Source: Octopus bimaculoides (taxonomy: Eukaryota). From it: DNA of 64,000 nucleotides. Under the pieces are notes generated by a model. The model saw only the letters and a program-made list of their open reading frames with translations, had not been told where the DNA came from and ran no database searches. A program made the position numbers and the translations under genes. The stretch lies in contig NC_068990.1 of assembly GCF_001194135.2 (NCBI RefSeq), positions 27,976,348 through 28,040,347 of the forward strand, in the 5' to 3' direction. Shown here piece after piece: positions 55,416-64,000 of this stretch (position 1 is the stretch's first letter; every line of letters begins with the position of its first letter).

Positions 55416-56636
55416 CCCCAAAGATATGTACATAGATAGAGAAACGAAGTTCTTCCGCACAGTAGGGGTTTATCAACTTCACATCATCAAGTCCACCTCG
55501 CTATCCTGTCTTACTTAATGTAAAACGATAGCTTAATGCAATATATGAATACAGGCATGGACATATGAAAGTAATATATTTGATGGATTACTGCAGAAGC
55601 ATAGCTTACCTGTGTGTGTACGCCTGTGTATACATGTGTGTGCGTGCGTATTTCATATGCGTTGCAGGCATTTGCTGTCGGACGAATTTGTCAAGTTGAA
55701 AAGTTAAGCATGTTCCATCGTAATTTGATGGAAGTCTACTTTTACAAGGTACAGCTCTAGACATATATGCGTGACAAAGATTTTATTCTGTGACTTTATA
55801 TCCTTTAACCCAGGGGCATTAATGAGCTAATGATGTAGGCGATGTTAAATGAAGATTTCTATAATACTTGCCACAACTAGTTTTAATTATACCTTCACAG
55901 AAAGCTCTCACACCATTATCGAAATCCCTTCCTTATCAAACATGATTGAATTTTCCATTAGCGTCCCCGTTGCCGATGTTGACCTTTGCTGATCTGTATC
56001 TGTCTCTCTCTCTCTCTTTCTCTCATCGATTACCTCAACTAGATGAGAGCTCTTTCATGCTACTTCAAAAGATTTCCTTTACAAGACGTCCAAGCCCAGC
56101 AAAAGATTAATTACGTTATTAACCTTGCAAGCATATTTTAATTTGCTGTTATGGATGAACAACCTGCAAATATTAAAGATAGTTTTACTATATTTCATAC
56201 GAGATTATATTCAATGTTAGTTATATTCGTTAAAAATAATGTTCAGTATTTACAGTATACATGCGTGTATGTGTGAGTGTGTGTGTCTCTGTGGGCGAAT
56301 GTGTTTGTGTGCGCATGTGCGTTGAGATAGCAGATGCGAAGCTGTTGAGAAATATATTCGACGACAAACGATTTTTGGTAATGAGAGATACGACTCAAAC
56401 AGCAACAGGAACAGCAACAACAAAAATCAGTTGAAATATTGGCACAAGACCAGCATTTTTTTGTGGGCGTAAGTCAATTACACCGACCCCTACTCCTCAA
56501 CTAGTGCTTATTTGCTTATCAACCCAGAAAGGATGAATAGCAGAGTTTCGGGTCTATAGTAGAAAGATTATCATCATCAACATCATCATTTTCATTATTA
56601 TAATTATTATTATTATTATCATTATTATTATTATTG

Positions 56637-56687
<51 letters not shown>

Positions 56688-57905
56688 GCCTTGATCCCGC
56701 TTTCTGTAGTCCTGCGTAAAATCAACGTGCACTTTGACCTGAGAAAGAATAGTCCTCGTGTCAACCGCCTTCTCTTCATGGATGATTTAAAACTTTTCGC
56801 GAAAGCAGAGCCTGAAATGGAGATGTTATTTACGACTGTGCAAATGTGCAGCAAGTATATAGGGACGGAATTTGGCATCTCGAAGTGTGCGGTGCTTACT
56901 TTGAAGTGGGGGAAAAGAGTAAATTGTAGGGGCATAGAATTGCCAAAGGGAGAAAGAATGGAAGACCCAGATGATGACCGGTACAAATACCTTGGGGTCC
57001 TGAAGCTGGACAATGTCTTGCACAGAGAAATGAAAGACAAGGTCGTCACTGCATATTTCAAGCGCCTCAAACGTCTCTTGAAATCAAAGCTCAACTCAAA
57101 GAACCTTGTGACTGCTATCAACATATGAGCTGTTGCTGTAGTCCGCTATAGTGCACCCATCATCAAATGGACAAATGCGGAGATTGACCAACTCGATCGC
57201 ACAACCTGAAAGACAATGACAATGCATGGTACGATCCACCCCAAGGTAAATGTACACATGCTCTATATGAAGAGAGGTAAGTGTGGATGTGGGTTGAATA
57301 GCGGAAGGGAGTACATCAACAGTGAAAGAAGAAGCATGGCAGAATATTTGGTAAACAGCAAGGAAGACTTGCTATAGTATGCTGCTGATGCAGAAGAAGT
57401 TAACAGAAATGGACTTGGGAGTGCTCATGAATTCCGATCAAGAACAGCCAACGAAAGAGAAGAAACCCTAATCCGCATGGAATTACATGGTCAGTTCCAC
57501 CGTGAAACCAACAAATTAAAAGACCAAGGAGCATCAAGGAGGTGGCTCCAGAAGAGTGACCTAAAAAAGAATACTGAAAGCCTAATCATCGCGGCCCAGG
57601 TTCAGGCATTGAATACCAACTCAGTGAAAAATAATATATCCCACACAAGTGCATCGGACCTCTGCAGAATATGTGGGAAGAGGGTCGAAACTGTGACTCA
57701 CATTGCTAGTGCTTGTGAAGGTCTTGCACTGAAAGAGTACAAGCGTAGACACGACGAAGTAGAGTAAACCCTCTACTGGCTACTATACCGTAAGTATGGA
57801 TATGAGGTTACGGATGCTCGGAACCAACATACACCGGAAAAAGTAATGGACAAAAAAGGGAAGGCAAAAATGCTTTGAGATTTTAATTTCCAGACAGACA
57901 AGGTG
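56688..57905 (+). mobile_element. R4/Dong-like non-LTR retrotransposon fragment (RT C-terminus, CCHC finger, start of REL endonuclease)
   Basis: VNRLLFMDDLKLFAK; ISKCAVL; YKYLG; ELHGQFHRE..WLQKSDLKKNTESLIIAAQVQALNTN; CRICGKRVETVTHIASAC..LALKEYKRRHDEV; KML*DFNFQTDK; several stops. Confidence 0.85.
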
Positions 57906-58049
57906 TTAACTTCGTTTGTGTTAAACATTTGTTTCAAAATAAATTTAAAATTTATAAGTGGCAATAGAGCAATAGCCTACAATTTTACAATTTTAACGAG
58001 ACGAAATGTATGAAAAATTCTTGATTCTGTAAATTTGATTGATATATTT

Positions 58050-58057
58050 ATAGATAG

Positions 58058-58112
<55 letters not shown>

Positions 58113-58135
58113 TAGATAGATAGATAGATATATAA

Positions 58136-58170
<35 letters not shown>

Positions 58171-58234
58171 TAGATAGATAGATATAGATAGATAGATAGA
58201 TAGATATAGATAGATAGATAGATAGATAGATAGG

Positions 58235-58267
<33 letters not shown>

Positions 58268-58620
58268 GCTACAGCTGATGATCAAGATCAGAATGGCGTT
58301 GATGATGACGATGTATACGATGATAACGACGACCACCATCATCATCATGATCATCATCATCGTCGTCATCGTGGCCAAGACAGTGATTGTTAATGATGTT
58401 GTGGATGATGATAATGACGGCGTGAATACCATGAACTATACTCCATTTTCACCAGGACCACCACCACGAACATCACACTCACAATTATCACCATCACTTT
58501 CATTGTCGTCATTATCATCACTATCACCATCATCATCATCATTATCATCATCGCTATCTTCATCATTATCATCATCGTCGCCGTCGTCATTATCTTCCAC
58601 ATTAATCAAAATCTACGTCG
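58050..58620. repeat. (GATA)n/(GA)n and (GAT)/(CAT) low-complexity region
   Basis: Directly visible. Confidence 0.9.
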
Positions 58621-58768
58621 TTCCCAACATTATACAATTGACCAATTTATTTCCCTATCCATTTCTTTCTGCAGCGACAACGTCCCCAAATGTTTGATAT
58701 ACATACAACGCGCTTAATTACAAATTCCAATTGATATTTCCATTTCTAAAACAAACAGTTATCTCGAT

Positions 58769-58812
<44 letters not shown>

Positions 58813-59267
58813 GCGCACAACTACAACACCTTCTCACATGCACGAACTCACCTGCAAACCGACTGATATCACAGCTTTTATAACATAATATATTTAGAGT
58901 TTGTATTACACATCCGAATAACCATACCCTGCATATACACGTTGCGGCAAAATGATCTGACGCATTTTTAGGTTTAATAAACGTGAAATAAAGTAAAGCA
59001 CGAAAAAGGTGTTTTTATTTTCTAAATGTACGTATAATGCCATTTTATTCCAATAAGAGCGATTTGTGACATTTTGTTCCATTTCGCTTTCAGTTCCTCC
59101 TCCACGTTTAACAGTTGGAAGAAGGTAGTCTGACTAAAATGCGTCTTTTGGCAGCCTCGACACGTATACTCGGCCATTGGTCGGAAATAAGGTAAGGGAT
59201 GACTCATCCGAGAAAATAACATTCCTCAACTGCTCTAGGGACCAAATCTGTAGGTTTTTACTCCACT

Positions 59268-59587
59268 CTAAACAATTTGCAACGTTTTCTTTTTTTGTGG
59301 AGGAAGTAGTGGTTTTATGATTGCAGCCCTACTGTGGAATCTGGCTTTGTGCAGCTCCCGGCGAACGGTTTTTGTGGAAACTGGGTTCTCGAGGTGGTAA
59401 TTAAGCTCTGCAGTAATTTTGGGAGCTGTATTTTTGTTATCCTTTCTAACAATTCGCGTGAGAGTCCAACGGACCCTATCTGAAAGTTTTGGTTTACTTC
59501 CCAAATTTTTTTTCCAATGAGGAGGTTTTTCCCTCGTTCTCAAAAACTGTCATTACTCTCGAGACTACTTCTTGATTTACCAAACGT
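59268..59587 (-). mobile_element. Tc1-like transposase N-terminal relic
   Basis: SRVMTVFENEGKTSS..KPKLSDRVRWTLTRIVRKDNKNTAPKITAELNYHLENPVSTKTVRRELHKARFHSRAAIIKPLL. Confidence 0.85.
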
Positions 59588-59629
59588 CCAATACACGTCC
59601 AATACACGTCCAATACACGTTTGGTAAAT

Positions 59630-60335
59630 CGCGCTTTCATTGTAGAAACGCTTATCAAGAACAACGAATCCGTCCGTAACTGTAGCACGAAGAGTATTCC
59701 ATGTTCACTTAAGGCCTGGTAGACATGATCCCGTACGCACTCGAAATTCTGTGGCAGCAGAATTCGGCATTTTGGGTCCGCACAATGTTACAATGTTACA
59801 ACAATTGTGAACACTGTTCGATATTGTAATGCTATAGACTTTACTGAAACCCGAATTGAATGAGTTGACGACAGAGATAATGTTTGGTTTTTTTTACAAA
59901 ATGGGGTACCAGTTCACATGTCTCGACGTCCGATGGGGAGTTTGAGGGAGATGTTCCCTGGTCATTTGATCTCATTTAGCGGTGAAATCAATTAGCCGAC
60001 CACCAAATTTGAACACATGCGATTTTTTTCTTTGGGGATACATGAAATCAGAGGTATACATTGATTGCCCTCGATCTATTGAAGAATTAAAAGATGTTAA
60101 TCGTAACGAAATTACTGCCATTTTACATACTCTGACCCGTCGAGTTATGGATAACTTTCGTGAACGCCTTAGAGAGTGTATGGGCTGTAAAAGCATCCAC
60201 TTGACTCATTTAAGTATTGAAACCAAATGATACAAAATGGCATCATATGTACATTTTGAAAATAAAAACATATTTTTCGTTCTTTATGTTCTTTTTATTA
60301 AACCTACAAATATGCCATATTTGTTGCACCCTGTA
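59630..60335 (+). mobile_element. Internally deleted Tc1/mariner element of maT/rosa type with right TIR
   Basis: N-terminal RAFIVETLIKNNESV..RRVFHVHL..GRHDP; C-terminal WFFLQNGVPVHMSR..REMFPGHLIS..RPPNLNTCDFFLWGYMKSEVY; ends CACCCTG-TA at 60327-60335. Confidence 0.8.
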
Positions 60336-60339
60336 TATG

Positions 60340-60610
60340 TGTAGCTACGGAGGCTGTCGTTCAACCATGTTTACAAAGAGTTTACCTTATTTTTATCTTT
60401 GACCTTTACATGCTCAAGTCACTAGAGTGCGGCCGTGCTGGGGCACCACCTTGAAGAATTTTAGTCAAATGAATCAAACAAAGTGCTTAATTCTCTTTAA
60501 GCTCTGTTACTTACTCTATCGGTCTCTTGCCAAACTACTTGGCTATGGAGATGAGAGTACGCCAACAAATGTTATCAAGCGCAGACGAAGAGCAAACACA
60601 GACATAAAGA
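60340..60610 (-). mobile_element. Family B SINE 3' part
   Basis: 'gcggccgtgctggggcaccaccttgaagaatttt...tactctatcggtctcttgcc'. Confidence 0.65.
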
Positions 60611-61254
60611 CACACGCACATAGATATACATACATGTATATACACATACACACACAGAGAGAGGCGTATATATATATATATATATATATATNNNNNNNNN
60701 NNNNNNNNNNNNNNNNNNNNNNNNNNNNNNNNNNNNNNNNNNNNNNNNNNNNNNNNNNNNNNNNNNNNNNNNNNNNNNNNNNNNNNNNNNNNNNNNNNNN
60801 NNNNNNNNNNNNNNNNNNNNNNNNNNNNNNNNNNNNNNNNNNNNNNNNNNNNNNNNNNNNNNNNNNNNNNNNNNNNNNNNNNNNNNNNNNNNNNNNNNNN
60901 NNNNNNNNNNNNNNNNNNNNNNNNNNNNNNNNNNNNNNNNNNNNNNNNNNNNNNNNNNNNNNNNNNNNNNNNNNNNNNNNNNNNNNNNNNNNNNNNNNNN
61001 NNNNNNNNNNNNNNNNNNNNNNNNNNNNNNNNNNNNNNNNNNNNNNNNNNNNNNNNNNNNNNNNNNNNNNNNNNNNNNNNNNNNNNNNNNNNNNNNNNNN
61101 NNNNNNNNNNNNNNNNNNNNNNNNNNNNNNNNNNNNNNNNNNNNNNNNNNNNNNNNNNNNNNNNNNNNNNNNNNNNNNNNNNNNNNNNNNNNNNNNNNNN
61201 NNNNNNNNNNNNNNNNNNNNNNNNNNNNNNNNNNNNNNNNTTCATATAAATATA

Positions 61255-61318
<64 letters not shown>

Positions 61319-61571
61319 CATATATCTGTGGTTGGATTTCATGTATGAAATATCCATTTTTGAAAACTTCCGTGTGATATGAAACTCGTTTAATGCAATT
61401 CACATTGTCTGCTATATTTTAATTTTCTTTTATATTATATTCGAGAAGGTAAGGAGGAAACGTGTTGTCACACAGGATGGGAAACACTCATGGATATGAC
61501 TTCCGACCCTTTATGCGATCTCTCCAATGTGATTCCACGGAAATACACACAAAAGAACGAGCACACACACA

Positions 61572-61629
<58 letters not shown>

Positions 61630-63044
61630 NNNNNNNNNNNNNNNNNNNNNNNNNNNNNNNNNNNNNNNNNNNNNNNNNNNNNNNNNNNNNNNNNNNNNNN
61701 NNNNNNNNNNNNNNNNNNNNNNNNNNNNNNNNNNNNNNNNNNNNNNNNNNNNNNNNNNNNNNNNNNNNNNNNNNNNNNNNNNNNNNNNNNNNNNNNNNNN
61801 NNNNNNNNNNNNNNNNNNNNNNNNNNNNNNNNNNNNNNNNNNNNNNNNNNNNNNNNNNNNNNNNNNNNNNNNNNNNNNNNNNNNNNNNNNNNNNNNNNNN
61901 NNNNNNNNNNNNNNNNNNNNNNNNNNNNNNNNNNNNNNNNNNNNNNNNNNNNNNNNNNNNNNNNNNNNNNNNNNNNNNNNNNNNNNNNNNNNNNNNNNNN
62001 NNNNNNNNNNNNNNNNNNNNNNNNNNNNNNNNNNNNNNNNNNNNNNNNNNNNNNNNNNNNNNNNNNNNNNNNNNNNNNNNNNNNNNNNNNNNNNNNNNNN
62101 NNNNNNNNNNNNNNNNNNNNNNNNNNNNNNNNNNNNNNNNNNNNNNNNNNNNNNNNNNNNNNNNNNNNNNNNNNNNNNNNNNNNNNNNNNNNNNNNNNNN
62201 NNNNNNNNNNNNNNNNNNNNNNNNNNNNNNNNNNNNNNNNNNNNNNNNNNNNNNNNNNNNNNNNNNNNNNNNNNNNNNNNNNNNNNNNNNNNNNNNNNNN
62301 NNNNNNNNNNNNNNNNNNNNNNNNNNNNNNNNNNNNNNNNNNNNNNNNNNNNNNNNNNNNNNNNNNNNNNNNNNNNNNNNNNNNNNNNNNNNNNNNNNNN
62401 NNNNNNNNNNNNNNNNNNNNNNNNNNNNNNNNNNNNNNNNNNNNNNNNNNNNNNNNNNNNNNNNNNNNNNNNNNNNNNNNNNNNNNNNNNNNNNNNNNNN
62501 NNNNNNNNNNATATATATATATTAGAATATGCACTTTGTATATCTTCGTGTATGTTTTTATGCTGCATATATGTGTGTATGTTTGTGTGTGTGTATGAAG
62601 TTAAATATTAGGAATCTTCTGTAGGGTTTAAATATGAATAACAATTTTAAACATTCACTTTCTATACTCCAGCTTATCAGGAAAGGAGGGGGGCAATCTC
62701 CGGCGGAACGTTTCAACGTATCAAGAGAATAAGAAAGATGTGCGTACGTAGTTATATCGTAATTATTGATATACACCGGGATGTATATGCATTTAATAGA
62801 TAGCTTTTAATGTATACATGTAGACACACACATATACATATAGTGACACACATACAAACTGATCTATATGGTAATATTTACATAAATTATTACATACATG
62901 GATGTGATTTGTGTGTATGTGCACATAAACATTTGGTTCTGTGTCCTCAAAATTTCTTTCTGTGTCATTCAATTTATCGTTCTCTGTCACTCTCTCACTC
63001 TCACTTTCTCTGTCCCCCTCTCTCTCTCACTCCGTCTCTCTCCG

Positions 63045-63080
<36 letters not shown>

Positions 63081-63090
63081 NNNNNNNNNN

Positions 63091-63123
<33 letters not shown>

Positions 63124-63964
63124 ATCTATCTATCTATCACTGTGTTTATAACTTTCTATCTCCCCTCCTATCTTTTCACAAGTGTCTTTTGAAACAAACA
63201 TACACATCTGTAACTTAAGCAAATACCATCAACATGCGAGTGTAAACATATGCAGATATATGCATACGTTCATACNNNNNNNNNNTATATATAAATATAT
63301 ATATATTTATATATATGTATGTATGTATGTACTTAAGTGCGTAATTATTATTTTCAAAATATTCACCGACATACTCCACACGATTCAGACTGGTATATAA
63401 TTGTATGTGAGTATATATAAACCTGCATCTATATACATAAATTGATCCATCTATCTATTTGGACAAATACATGTACGTATGCATAAAAATGCCCTTTAAT
63501 AATATACATAATGAAACCCATAAATATAATGGTTACATCCATGAAATATATTGTTAAAATGTGTATGCGTTTGTGTGTGTACATGTGTATATATATATAT
63601 ACATATATACACATATACATTTATATATAAATGTATGTATGTATGTAGGTATAGAAGTAGTTGTATATAGATGCATGTCAATACGTACATGCATATATAT
63701 GCATATATGTGCAGTAATAAATGAGAACACTTTGATGTAAGTTACTCATCAGTGCATATGCTTGTTGTACAGTTATTTCTGTAAATGTCTCTCTGCATGA
63801 GAGCTTAGATGCATATGCATATGTGCATCCATTTGCGAGCGGCAGCGCAATTTTGTACTCCCTCTTATGGCAGTTAATATTCACCACGCTAGAAAAACCT
63901 ACAGTCAAACAAACTCAGTGGCATAAATATCTACACACACACACACATATATGTATTATGGAAG

Positions 63965-64000
<36 letters not shown>

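Overview
AT-rich, microsatellite- and gap-ridden animal nuclear DNA, most likely an octopus. This is inferred from an Octopus-like mitochondrial cox1/cox3 insertion read in the invertebrate mitochondrial code and from tRNA-derived SINE families resembling those of octopods. No intact protein-coding gene can be supported; the window looks intronic or intergenic, with only a few weak exon candidates. It contains many SINE copies from at least four families, decayed non-LTR retrotransposons (Tx1/L1, RTE, R4/Dong, Penelope GIY-YIG), Tc1/mariner relics, a NUMT and a roughly 35-bp minisatellite. The most interesting item is a roughly 290-bp TSD-flanked element made of a tRNA-like Pol III head, (AAT)n and a Penelope-type minimal hammerhead ribozyme; a second copy sits as an inverted, TSD-flanked insertion inside another SINE. 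Also notable is the NUMT, in which cox3 is joined in frame to cox1 at a shared Trp codon. Almost all ORFs in the supplied track are microsatellite or N-gap artefacts. Family assignments come from recalled motifs, not database searches.
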